64,000 bases of DNA from Candidatus Zipacnadia bacterium. GTDB taxonomy: Bacteria; Armatimonadota; Zipacnadia; JALGUG01. Below the pieces are notes generated by a model. The model saw only the letters and a program-made list of their open reading frames with translations, was not told where the DNA came from and ran no database searches. Both the position numbers and the translations under genes were made by a program. Each line of letters begins with the position of its first letter. Positions within the stretch are counted from its first letter, which is position 1. Below are positions 19,013-27,640 of this stretch, piece after piece. Location of the stretch: NCBI GenBank assembly GCA_029820995.1, contig JALGUG010000001.1, positions 36 through 64,035 of the forward strand, written 5' to 3'.

Positions 19013-19095
19013 TGGTCAGGTTTCCGCGAGATGAGTTCCTCAAAGCCTACGAGCGGACCTGACCACCGGCACGGTGCACGTTGCATTCCGTCCTC
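19012..19095 (+). pseudogene. hicA-like toxin remnant (frameshifted and truncated at DR-R)
   Basis: The ATG overlaps the hicB stop (TGATG). MVRFPRDEFLKAYERT* resembles the HicA N-terminus (M.K.P..sg.E.ik.LE..G). The next frame reads ..TGTVHVAFRP (compare GSHv.lr.P) and then runs into the repeat at 19089. Confidence 0.4.
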
Positions 19096-19163
19096 GAGAG
19101 CGTGGCGGAGCTGGAGTAGGGCTGCTGCAGCGGGATATGGATGGCGAGGGTTCCGTCAACGCG
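19089..19163 (+). repeat. Direct repeat DR-R (att-like)
   Basis: The sequence is CGTCCTCGAGAGCGTGGCGGAGCTGGAGTAGGGCTGCTGCAGCGGGATATGGATGGCGAGGGTTCCGTCAACGCG, matching DR-L at 69 of 75 positions. Confidence 0.85.
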
Positions 19164-19190
19164 AGATTGGAGGGGGCCGGCAGGGAATCG

Positions 19191-20132
19191 TCATCGCTGA
19201 GGCGACCCAAACTCCAACTTCAGGACGCGGTGGTGCACGGCGTCCGATACGTAGAGGTGTCCGTCCGTGGTCAGGGCCAAGCCGCGAGGGGCAGCCACCC
19301 GCGCAGCAGCGTCGGCGCCGCCGTAGGTCCCCAGGCAGGTGCCGTCGGTTCGCAAGGCCGAGATCCGACCGTTCCCGTTCTCGGCCACGAGCAGCGTGTC
19401 GTCGGGCGCGATCACGAGGCAAGTGGGGTCAGATAGCTCTCCCGGCGCCGACCCCTCCCGTCCGATGGCGCCGATTCGACCACCCTCGGAGTTGAACGCC
19501 ACCAGCCGGTGATTCAGGCCGTCGGCCACCCACACATTGTGGTCGCGATCAATAGCCACCGCCTGCGGACGCGCCACAGCGCCCTCGGTGAGAACGCCGC
19601 CCACGATGTCCAGGAACTTGCCGCGCGCGTCGAACACCTGGACGCGGTCATTGCCGGTGTCGGCCACATAGATCCGGTTGAACTTGTCCAGGCAAAAGGC
19701 CCGCGCCTCCCGCAGGCACCCCACCTGATCGCCCGGCATCGCAAAGCACGCCAGCGGCTCGCCCACCGGGCTGAACCGCTGGATGCGCTCGTTGCCGTAC
19801 TCGAGCACGTACAGGTGCAGCAGCGGATCAACAGCCACATCAATCGGCGCGAAAAGCTGCCCCCATCCGCTCCCCTGTACGCCGAAACCGTACACTTCCC
19901 CGTCGGGTGTGATCTTCTGAATGCGGTTGTTGTTCGTGTCCGCGACGTACAGATTGCCGTACTGGTCCGCCGCAATCCCGTTCGGCTGGTTAAACTGGCC
20001 CAAGTCAGTGCCCGGCCCGCCGATAATCTCGACGGGGTGAAACGAGCAGGCGGCGATCGGCGCGGCCCCATCGCCTGCGGGACGCGCGGGCTGATCGCCG
20101 ATCTCCAGGAAATCGAAGCGCTCGTCGCTCAT
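19191..20132 (-). CDS. NHL-repeat (six-bladed beta-propeller) protein
   Basis: 313 aa with a repeating pattern: G.F..P.GIA.D..GN.YVAD..N.R.Q.F appears about 6 times. No signal peptide is evident. Confidence 0.8.
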   Translation of the reverse strand: MSDERFDFLEIGDQPARPAGDGAAPIAACSFHPVEIIGGPGTDLGQFNQPNGIAADQYGNLYVADTNNNRIQKITPDGEVYGFGVQGSGWGQLFAPIDVAVDPLLHLYVLEYGNERIQRFSPVGEPLACFAMPGDQVGCLREARAFCLDKFNRIYVADTGNDRVQVFDARGKFLDIVGGVLTEGAVARPQAVAIDRDHNVWVADGLNHRLVAFNSEGGRIGAIGREGSAPGELSDPTCLVIAPDDTLLVAENGNGRISALRTDGTCLGTYGGADAAARVAAPRGLALTTDGHLYVSDAVHHRVLKLEFGSPQR

Positions 20133-20147
20133 GTCGTGTCAGGGAAG

Positions 20148-21740
20148 CTAACGCCGCCCCGGCCACCAGCGGCGCCCGGAGGAGCTATGCCGGCGCCGGG
20201 AGCCGGCGAGTGTGCGCGCCCGGCTGGTCAGCGCGGGCGTGGTCTCCTCGCTGATCGCGCTGGAAGCCGGCCGGGCCCGCGAATGGGCCCATTCGCGGAG
20301 CTGGCCGATATGCTCGCGCATGGTCATCGAAAGCGGGAAGGTCTCGGCACAGACCTTCGCCACGTCCTCGTGCCGCAGGGGTCGGTCCGCGTCAAAGGAC
20401 TCGTACATCGCCGAGATGACCGCCTGCTCGATCTCCGCGCCGGAGAAGCCCGGCGTCATGGCGGCCAGGGCGTCAAGATCGAACTCGTCGGCGTCCCAAT
20501 TGCGCTTCTGCAGGTGAATCCGCATGATCTCGCGTCGCTCGACCAGGGAGGGCAGGTCCACGAAGAACAGGTCGTCGAACCGTCCCTTGCGCAGCAGCTC
20601 CGGGGGCAGGGCCTGAATATCGTTGGCGGTCGCAATGACGAATACCGGCGCTTGCTTCTCCTGGAGCCAGGTCACAAAGCTGCCGAATACTCGCGACGTG
20701 GTGCCCGCGTCGCTGAAGGAGGAGCTCTGGGTGCCGGCAAAGCCCTTCTCCACCTCGTCAAGCCAGAGCACTGCGGGGGCGACCGATTCGGCGGTCCGGA
20801 TGGCCCGGCGCATTCGCTCCTCGGAGGAGCCCACAATCCCGGAGAAGATCCGCCCGACATCCAGCCGCAGCAGCGGTAGGTGCCACAGCGAGGCGACGGA
20901 CTTGGCCGTCAAAGACTTCCCGCAGCCCTGCACGCCGATGAGCAGGATGCCCTTGGGCTGGGGCAAGCCGTACTTGCGCGCACGTTCGGTGAAAGCGTTG
21001 GTGCGCTGCCGGAGCCACCCCTTGAGGATATCCAACCCGCCGATGTGCTCGATGTCCTCCTGCGCGTCGTAGTACTCCAGGATGCCGGATTTGCGGATAA
21101 TCTGCTGCTTCTCGTCCAGAATGACGTCAATGTCGAAACAGGCCTTCTCCACCAGCGAGCGCGCGAAGACATTGTCCGCCTCGGTGGCCGTTAGCCCCTG
21201 AGCCGCCTTGATGATCGCCTCTCGGTGCTCGGGGCTCAGGTCCGTGTCAATGCGGTCGTCATCGCGCACCGATTCGATGATCCGGTCAAGCTGCGCGCCA
21301 ATCTCCTCCGCCGTCGGCAGCGCATAGTCAATCACGCTGATCTCCTTCTCCAGCTCCACCGGCAGCTCGACGACGGGAGAGATGATGACCAGGCTCTTGT
21401 AGCTGCGCTTCAGGTTGTAGGTCAAGTCGCGGAGCTTGCGGACGATCTGGACATCCTTCAGGAAGGGGTGGAAGTCTTTGAACGCGAACACGGCGCTATC
21501 GCCGGAGGCCATGATGGCATCCATCGCCACCACGGGATCGCGGGTATCGGCGCTGCGTCCTCTTTGACCGTCCTCCAGGAGCCCGTCAGTGGTGGTCCAG
21601 AAGAACAGCCGCTTGCCGCGGCGCTGGGCCACCTCGCGCAGCGTATTCTGGACCCGATCCTCTTCCCACGAGACCACATAGATGATCGGGTACCGCGCCC
21701 GAATGAGCGTCTCAATCTCTTGGGCCTGGTCCTCGGGCAT
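20148..21740 (-). CDS. Classical-clade AAA+ ATPase with a roughly 250-aa N-terminal domain (Ycf46-like by recollection)
   Basis: 530 aa. Walker A is GVQGCGKS, Walker B is VLWLDEVEK, and the second region of homology is [21 protein letters not shown]. The N-terminus [19 protein letters not shown] resembles the Ycf46 family. Confidence 0.75.
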   Translation of the reverse strand: MPEDQAQEIETLIRARYPIIYVVSWEEDRVQNTLREVAQRRGKRLFFWTTTDGLLEDGQRGRSADTRDPVVAMDAIMASGDSAVFAFKDFHPFLKDVQIVRKLRDLTYNLKRSYKSLVIISPVVELPVELEKEISVIDYALPTAEEIGAQLDRIIESVRDDDRIDTDLSPEHREAIIKAAQGLTATEADNVFARSLVEKACFDIDVILDEKQQIIRKSGILEYYDAQEDIEHIGGLDILKGWLRQRTNAFTERARKYGLPQPKGILLIGVQGCGKSLTAKSVASLWHLPLLRLDVGRIFSGIVGSSEERMRRAIRTAESVAPAVLWLDEVEKGFAGTQSSSFSDAGTTSRVFGSFVTWLQEKQAPVFVIATANDIQALPPELLRKGRFDDLFFVDLPSLVERREIMRIHLQKRNWDADEFDLDALAAMTPGFSGAEIEQAVISAMYESFDADRPLRHEDVAKVCAETFPLSMTMREHIGQLREWAHSRARPASSAISEETTPALTSRARTLAGSRRRHSSSGRRWWPGRR

Positions 21741-21888
21741 CCTGTGTCGGCAACCTCCGGTCTTCGTATTCTACCCCGTTCGTCCCCCGGCGTAAAGCGC
21801 CAGTGGCATGTATGGTACGATTGCCGCGTTGCGTCTACAGGGGCATTGTGGTACTATTCTTGTGCCCCGGAGGGCACCGAAGAGCATT

Positions 21889-23793
21889 ATGCCTGCACCC
21901 CACTTCATTATCGGCACTGCCGGCCATGTGGACCACGGCAAGACGGCCCTGATCCGCCGCCTGACCGGCATCAACACCGATCGCCTAAAGGAGGAGCAGG
22001 AGCGCGAGCTGTCCATTGACCTCGGCTTCGCCTATTTCGACCTGCCCGATGGCCGGCGGGCGGGGATCGTTGACGTCCCCGGCCACGAGCGCTTTGTCAA
22101 GAACATGCTCGCCGGCGCCACCGGCATGGACGTGGTGCTGCTGGTGGTCGCCGCCGACGAGGGGGTCATGCCCCAGACCCGCGAGCACCTCGACATCATT
22201 CGCCTGCTAGGCATCGAGCGCGGCATCATCGTGCTGACCAAGACCGACCTCGTGGACCAGGATTGGCTGCAGCTTGTGGAGGAGGACGTTCGCGCGGTCG
22301 TGGCCGACACGGTGTTTGCCCGGGCGCCCCTGCTGCGCACTTCGGCTGAGACCGGTGAGGGGTACGCCGAGCTCCAGGAGGTTCTCGCGCAGGTGGCGGC
22401 CGAGGTCCCGGCGCGGAATGCGACGGGCCCCTGCCGTCTACCGATTGACCGCGTGTTCACGATCAGAGGGCACGGAACGGTCGTAACGGGCACGCTGTGG
22501 CGCGGAAGCCTCCGCGTGGACGATCCGCTGGAGGTCTTGCCCACGGGTCTGCAGACGCGATGCCGCGGTCTACAGGTGCATAACGAAAACGTGAGCGCAG
22601 CGACTGCCGGCCAGCGGGTGGCGGTGAATCTGGCGCGGCTCAGCACGGACGATCTGCGGCGGGGTGATGTCGCGGTTACACCCGGCAGCATGCAGGTTAC
22701 CTCGATGCTTGATGCGAGCATAACCATCCTGGGCTCCGCACCGCGGCCGCTGCGCAATCGCAACCGAGTGCGCGTTCACCTGGGCGCCGCGGAGCTCATC
22801 GGTCGCGTGATCCTGCTGGAGAGCGACGCTCTGGACCCCGGCGAAGCGGGGCTGGCCCAGCTTCGACTGGAAGCGCCGACGGCCGCGGCTCGCGGCGATC
22901 GGTTCGTGCTGCGGCAGTACTCGCCGATGATCACCATCGCAGGGGGCGAGGTGATTGATCCCGCGCCGCACAAGCATCGGCGCTATGCTCCCGGCCTGGG
23001 CGAGCGTCTGAGGCGTATCCAACGGGGCACGCCGGACCAGCTCGCGGCCGACTTGCTCGTGGAGCGTGGCCTGGAGATGCTGACGGTGAGGCAACTGGCC
23101 GCCCACCTGCAAGTCAACCCGTCCAGGGCCCGGGAGCTGCTGCGGGACCTGGTATCCAAGGAGGCTGCTATCGCGCTCAGTGAGCAGTCGGTCGTCGCCC
23201 GCCCGGCCTACGAGGCCCTTTGCCGGCGGATCCGCCATATCATCGAGACCCACCACAGGGAGGTGCCCCTGGACCCGGCGATGACCAAGCACGCACTGCA
23301 GACCAGCCTCGGGCGGCCGCCGGACCTGCTGCTCGACCACGCGCTGGAGCATCTGGCTCGCTCCGGAGAGCTGGCCGTGAGTGCCGAGGGCGTCAGGCTG
23401 CCGGGCCATGAGGTGCGCCTCACGCCCCAGCAGGAGAAGTGCGTCAAGGCTATCAGCACGGCGGCCCGTCGCGCCGGAGTGAGGCCCCTGACCCAGGATC
23501 AGCTTATCGCTCAGGCGGCGATCCCTGCCGAGGATGCTCGCGCCCTGATCCGGTCGCTGGTCGCCGCTGGCGAGTTGATTCCCGTTCAGCGACATTTGTA
23601 TCACCGCGAGGTGCTCGAGGATATCAAGGCCCGGACCCGTCGCCTCGCGGAGGCACAGGGGCCCTTCACCCTGGCAGCACTGCGCGACTTGCTGGGGTCG
23701 ACTCGCAGGTTTGTGGTCCCGCTGGCCGAATACTTCGATGCGGTGGGATTCACCCGGCGAATCGGGGATCTAAGAGAGATCGCGGAGGGCTGA
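21889..23793 (+). CDS. selB: Selenocysteine-specific elongation factor SelB
   Basis: ORF 21808..23793. I preferred the ATG at 21889 ([21 protein letters not shown]). It has a GTPase domain ([12 protein letters not shown]), EF-Tu-like domains II and III, and a long winged-helix C-terminal extension. Confidence 0.9.
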   Translation: MPAPHFIIGTAGHVDHGKTALIRRLTGINTDRLKEEQERELSIDLGFAYFDLPDGRRAGIVDVPGHERFVKNMLAGATGMDVVLLVVAADEGVMPQTREHLDIIRLLGIERGIIVLTKTDLVDQDWLQLVEEDVRAVVADTVFARAPLLRTSAETGEGYAELQEVLAQVAAEVPARNATGPCRLPIDRVFTIRGHGTVVTGTLWRGSLRVDDPLEVLPTGLQTRCRGLQVHNENVSAATAGQRVAVNLARLSTDDLRRGDVAVTPGSMQVTSMLDASITILGSAPRPLRNRNRVRVHLGAAELIGRVILLESDALDPGEAGLAQLRLEAPTAAARGDRFVLRQYSPMITIAGGEVIDPAPHKHRRYAPGLGERLRRIQRGTPDQLAADLLVERGLEMLTVRQLAAHLQVNPSRARELLRDLVSKEAAIALSEQSVVARPAYEALCRRIRHIIETHHREVPLDPAMTKHALQTSLGRPPDLLLDHALEHLARSGELAVSAEGVRLPGHEVRLTPQQEKCVKAISTAARRAGVRPLTQDQLIAQAAIPAEDARALIRSLVAAGELIPVQRHLYHREVLEDIKARTRRLAEAQGPFTLAALRDLLGSTRRFVVPLAEYFDAVGFTRRIGDLREIAEG

Positions 23794-23799
23794 CTACTC

Positions 23800-23958
23800 G
23801 CACTTCCTACCACGGAGACGCGCAGAAAGGCAAAGCACTAGCTGTTTGACGGCTTCAACGGCAGGCTTGAGAACAGCCACGTTGAGTGACGTGGACGAGC
23901 CGACCCTATTGTCCGTTCTCTCTGTTCCCCGTATCTCCGTGGTGAAACCTTGAGCAGT
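23800..23958. repeat. Intergenic element with inverted termini, copy B (inverted relative to copy A at 1803..2028)
   Basis: TACCACGGAGA (23808-23818) and TCTCCGTGGTG (23934-23944) form a 10/11 inverted repeat 115 nt apart. The reverse complement carries the blocks AGAGAACGGACAATAGGGTCGG, GTGCTTTGCC and CTCCGTGGTAGGAAG in the same order as copy A. Confidence 0.4.
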
Positions 23959-23978
23959 CGCCACTGGAGAGAGCGACC

Positions 23979-24371
23979 GTGAAGTGCCCCGTATGCTTTG
24001 CCGAGTGCGATCCGGGACAGCGTTTCTGTCCCCAGTGCGGAGGCCGACTGGAATCCGAGAGGCCGCTGACTGCTCTGGAGGAGATGATCCACGACTTCCG
24101 CAACACGCTGACCGAGCATCCCGACGATGCCGACACGCGCTACAACCTCGCACTGGCACAGATCCAGATGCAGCAGTTTGAGCAAGCAGCGCAGCAGCTC
24201 GAGCAAGTGGTCCGATTGGAACCCGAGGCGGCAGAGGCCTACGAGAAGCTGGCGTTCTGCCTGGCCCGGATTGGCCGACGCAACGCCGCCCTCAAAGCGG
24301 CGTACCGGGCTCTGGAGGTGGAGCCCGGGCGCAAGACCTCCCGGGCGATCATTGAGAAGCTGCGTGGTTAG
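23979..24371 (+). CDS. Zinc-ribbon plus TPR repeat protein
   Basis: 130 aa with a GTG start. The N-terminus is MKCPVCFAECDPGQRFCPQCG (CxxC-x11-CxxC), followed by TPR-like helices (YNLALAQIQMQQFEQAAQQLEQVVRLEPE...). Confidence 0.7.
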   Translation: MKCPVCFAECDPGQRFCPQCGGRLESERPLTALEEMIHDFRNTLTEHPDDADTRYNLALAQIQMQQFEQAAQQLEQVVRLEPEAAEAYEKLAFCLARIGRRNAALKAAYRALEVEPGRKTSRAIIEKLRG

Positions 24372-24468
24372 CCGGGCAGGAAAGCGCGCCGGCACAGCGA
24401 ACTCACAGACTAATGCAGTGTCATAGGAGCTGACGAGTGCGGATGTGGGCGAGAAAGGAGAGGATCTG

Positions 24469-24879
24469 ATGTCATTGTCTGTCAAGAAAGTGACTCAACT
24501 CAAGGTCCAGGTCGAGGATCGCCCGGGCCAGCTTGCCGAGCTAGCCCGGGGGGCGGCCGGTGAGGGGTTGAACTTCCTGGCCATGACCGGCTACGCGCGC
24601 GAAGGGGGAACGGCGGAGATTATCGCGATCCCGGAAGATCCTGACCGAGCGAAAATGCTGGCGGCTAACGCGGGAATCAGTCTGGAGACTTCGGAGGCCT
24701 TACTGATCACGGGCGACGACAAGCTCGGAGCGATCGCGGAGATCGCTGAGAAGATCGCCGCTCTGGGCGTCAACATCATTGCGACGGAAGCGATCGCGGT
24801 GGAGGGCAAGTTCGGCTGCTGGGTCGTTGTCGCGCCCGAAGACCTGGACAAGGTCGCCGACGCCCTGGGCGCCGACTGA
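24469..24879 (+). CDS. ACT-domain-like small-molecule-binding protein (tandem ACT-like halves)
   Basis: ORF 24445..24879. I preferred the ATG at 24469, with AAGGAG 8 nt upstream. It contains LKVQVEDRPGQLAEL...GLNF and ITGDDKLGAIAEIAEKIAALGVNI. Confidence 0.55.
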   Translation: MSLSVKKVTQLKVQVEDRPGQLAELARGAAGEGLNFLAMTGYAREGGTAEIIAIPEDPDRAKMLAANAGISLETSEALLITGDDKLGAIAEIAEKIAALGVNIIATEAIAVEGKFGCWVVVAPEDLDKVADALGAD

Positions 24880-24924
24880 CGCGGCCGGTGCAATGACGTG
24901 CGATAGTCGTGTGGTTAACGAGAC

Positions 24925-24954
24925 AACGGGGTGCCTGTCAGGGGCGCCCCGTTT
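24925..24954 (+). terminator. Rho-independent-type terminator hairpin between convergent genes
   Basis: AACGGGGTGCC-TGTCAGG-GGCGCCCCGTT forms an 11-bp stem (one G.U pair) followed by T. It lies 45 nt after the ACT gene stop and 10 nt before the convergent gene's stop. Confidence 0.6.
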
Positions 24955-24963
24955 CGGTGCCGC

Positions 24964-26340
24964 TTACCACCCATACTTCTCCGGACCCCACGGCTTGTGG
25001 ACCAACTCCTGCTTGGCCAAGACAAGGGCCTTGTGAGGGACATCCTCGTACTGAATGACGCCCGGTCCGACGCAGGAGTAGGCGCCGATCTTGACGCCGG
25101 GCATGAGAATGGCGTTCACGCCCGTGCGCGAATGGTCACCGATCCAGGCGAGATTCGCGTAACCTTCGGGCACTTCGCGCCGCCCTCGCACGCGGTGGAC
25201 CGTATCAGCGTCGTCGAAGCGCAGGTTGCCGCAGACCGTGGCGGCACCGATGTCCACGGAGGCACCCAGGACGCCGGCGAGCTCGCAGTAGTGGTACAGG
25301 TAGACGCCGTCGAAGAGTACGCCGCCGAACTCCGCTCCGTGCGCGATGATGCAGTCCTTCCCGGTCACCGTCGCCCCGCCCACCTGGCAGTAGTTCCGAA
25401 CCTTACTGCCCGCCCCGATGACGCAATCTCCCCCGACGATCGCGCCATTGGTGATGCTGGTCCCGGCGCCCGCGATCAGGTTCCCCTCAATCACCACGCG
25501 GTGCCCGATGACGCAGTTCTCGCCCAGGGCGACATGTCCCCGGATCTCCGCGCCGTCCGACACCTGACAGCTCGCGGGAATGACGTTCTCAGTGAGTTGA
25601 GCACACCGATACCGGGCCCAGAGACGGTTGGCCTCCAGAATGTGCCACGGCTTGTCCAGGTCGCAGAACAGGCCCTCGTGGACCGGCGCCGCGACCTCCA
25701 GCCCCGCGTCAATCATCATCTGAAAGGATTGCGCCAGTTCCGCTTCCAGCGGCGGCATTCCCCCCACCGGAACGCTCTCCATGATCCCCGGATTGGCCTC
25801 CACGTACGGCCAGGCCGCCGGCCCCAGGGCGTATGCGCCGCACAGCCGGTGACTTCCGCCGCGAGAGTGCCCCTCCACGCCCCGGAGCGCTCCCGCACCC
25901 ACATCGGCCCGCAGCCAATCCTGCGGATTGCGGCCCCCCAGCGGCGCGGCCAGGGCCGTGGCTGCGGGACGCGAACTCTCCTGCAGCTCGGCCAGTGCGC
26001 GCAGGGCTTCGGCGGGCAGCAGCACGTCCCCGCACAGCACGAGGGCCGAATCCGGACGCCCGAGCGCTTCCCATCCGAGCAGTGCCGCCGGCGCAGTGCC
26101 CCCAGGCGCTTTCTGCTCCACGAAAACGATGCCTTCTAGCCCCAACAAGGCATGACGCACGCGCTCCTTGCGGTGACCGACCACCACGGCTACGGCCTCA
26201 CAGCCCAGTTGCCGCAACTGGCTGACCGTGATGCGAACGAGCGGCTGCCCGCCCACAGGCAAGGCGGCCTTCTGGCGCGTCAGATCGTACGGGAAGATGC
26301 GTTTTCCTTCGCCGGCGGCCAAGATGATCGCTGGCAGCAT
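24964..26340 (-). CDS. Bifunctional-type sugar-1-phosphate nucleotidyltransferase with a left-handed beta-helix (GlmU-like architecture)
   Basis: 458 aa. The N-terminus is MLPAIILAAGEGKRIFP (the nucleotidyltransferase G-x-G-x-R motif). The C-terminal half is rich in hexapeptide repeats (IGA.S.V.N...VGG...). Confidence 0.7.
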   Translation of the reverse strand: MLPAIILAAGEGKRIFPYDLTRQKAALPVGGQPLVRITVSQLRQLGCEAVAVVVGHRKERVRHALLGLEGIVFVEQKAPGGTAPAALLGWEALGRPDSALVLCGDVLLPAEALRALAELQESSRPAATALAAPLGGRNPQDWLRADVGAGALRGVEGHSRGGSHRLCGAYALGPAAWPYVEANPGIMESVPVGGMPPLEAELAQSFQMMIDAGLEVAAPVHEGLFCDLDKPWHILEANRLWARYRCAQLTENVIPASCQVSDGAEIRGHVALGENCVIGHRVVIEGNLIAGAGTSITNGAIVGGDCVIGAGSKVRNYCQVGGATVTGKDCIIAHGAEFGGVLFDGVYLYHYCELAGVLGASVDIGAATVCGNLRFDDADTVHRVRGRREVPEGYANLAWIGDHSRTGVNAILMPGVKIGAYSCVGPGVIQYEDVPHKALVLAKQELVHKPWGPEKYGW

Positions 26341-26355
26341 GAGTCGACTCCTTCG

Positions 26356-27486
26356 CTAACTGGGATCGTCCCCCGTGGGGCGGTACGTAGTGCGTAGCGA
26401 CGAGCGCTCCGCATGCCGCTCGAGGGCCAGTTGGATCAGCCGGTCCAGCAGCTCAGAATAGCCGATGCCGCTGGCCTCCCACAGCCGGGGGAACATCGAG
26501 ATGGGCGTAAACCCGGGGATCGTGTTGGCCTCACTGACGAACACCTCGTTCGTGTGCGCGTCAATGAGGAAGTCCACCCGCGCCATGCCTGCGCAGTCCA
26601 GCGCCCGAAAGGCCTCGAGGGCCATGGCCCGAACCTGCTCCGTCACGTCGCCCGATAGCTGCGCCGGAATGATCAGCTCAGACGCTTCGTCGAGGTACTT
26701 GGCCTCGTAGCTGTAGAACTCGCGGCTGGGAATCACCTCGCCGACCACGGAAGCCTCGGGTTCGTGGTTGCCCAGGACTCCGCACTCGATCTCGCGGGCC
26801 TGCGGAACCGCGTGTTCGACCACGATCTTGGTGTCATATTGCGCCGCCTCCTCGACGGCCGCAGCCAGCCGGCTTTCCGAGCGCACTTTGCTGATGCCCA
26901 CGCTCGAGCCCAGGTTAGCCGGCTTCACGAAGCAGGGGTAGCCGATCTGATCCCGCACCAGGGCCGCGCAGCCCTCGGCATCTTGCCGCCAATCGCGTCG
27001 CTTCAGGGCCAGGAAGTCTGGAACCGGCAGCCCGTGCGCGCGGAGCACCGTCTTCATCGTGTCCTTGTCCATGCTCAACGCCGAGCCGAGCACGCCCGCA
27101 CCGACGTACGGGAGGTCCGCCAGCTCCAGCAGTCCCTGCACCGTACCGTCCTCGCCGAAGGGTCCGTGAAGCACCGGGAACACAACATCAATTCTCCCAC
27201 CCGGCTCCAAGATATCGCCCTTCAGCTTCATCAGCGCCCGGGCGCGTCCACTCATTTGGACGACTGCCGCAGCCCCGTCGGCGGGGCCCTCGTCCAACGC
27301 CCGCCGGCTGTCGTCGGGCAGGAGCCAACGGCCTTGTGGGTCAATGCCCAGCAAGATCACGTTGTACTTGGCCGGGTCGAGCCGTCCGACAACCGACCGA
27401 GCGGAGGCGAGCGAGACCTCGTGTTCGCCGGACCGGCCTCCGAACAGGACCAAGACGTTCAGTTTCTCTCGCTTGAGGTCCGCCAT
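26356..27486 (-). CDS. ddl: D-alanine--D-alanine ligase
   Basis: 376 aa. It contains LNVLVLFGGRSGEHEVSLASARSV, HGPFGEDGT.QGLLE and an ATP-grasp core (FVKPANLGSSVGISKV, E.N.IPGFT). Confidence 0.9.
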   Translation of the reverse strand: MADLKREKLNVLVLFGGRSGEHEVSLASARSVVGRLDPAKYNVILLGIDPQGRWLLPDDSRRALDEGPADGAAAVVQMSGRARALMKLKGDILEPGGRIDVVFPVLHGPFGEDGTVQGLLELADLPYVGAGVLGSALSMDKDTMKTVLRAHGLPVPDFLALKRRDWRQDAEGCAALVRDQIGYPCFVKPANLGSSVGISKVRSESRLAAAVEEAAQYDTKIVVEHAVPQAREIECGVLGNHEPEASVVGEVIPSREFYSYEAKYLDEASELIIPAQLSGDVTEQVRAMALEAFRALDCAGMARVDFLIDAHTNEVFVSEANTIPGFTPISMFPRLWEASGIGYSELLDRLIQLALERHAERSSLRTTYRPTGDDPS

Positions 27487-27640
27487 GGGATCCCGCCTTT
27501 GTCCCTACGCTTTCCAAACGTCACCACGCGCCGACAATGGCGCCGGTCTTTGCATCCGCCGTCCGACTTGTGGTATAACCACAGCAACAGCGCGGCAGTT
27601 CCCGAGCTTCTAGCACGCAAACCACGGCGGGGTAGGTACC

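Larger units (their letters stand above)
17952..19163. mobile_element. Toxin-antitoxin mini-islet bounded by 75-bp imperfect direct repeats; no integrase is present, so it is probably a remnant of an integrated element
   Basis: DR-L (17952-18026) and DR-R (19089-19163) match at 69 of 75 positions. They flank vapB-like/vapC, hicB and a truncated hicA. DR-R re-encodes the HAD gene terminus (VLESVAELE* versus VLESVAELG*). Confidence 0.5.

Noticed and set aside
17952-19163. Interpretation of the TA islet as integron cassettes (attC-bounded).
   Set aside because: The flanking repeats are direct copies of a gene 3' end, not imperfect inverted attC-type sites. No intI or attI is nearby.
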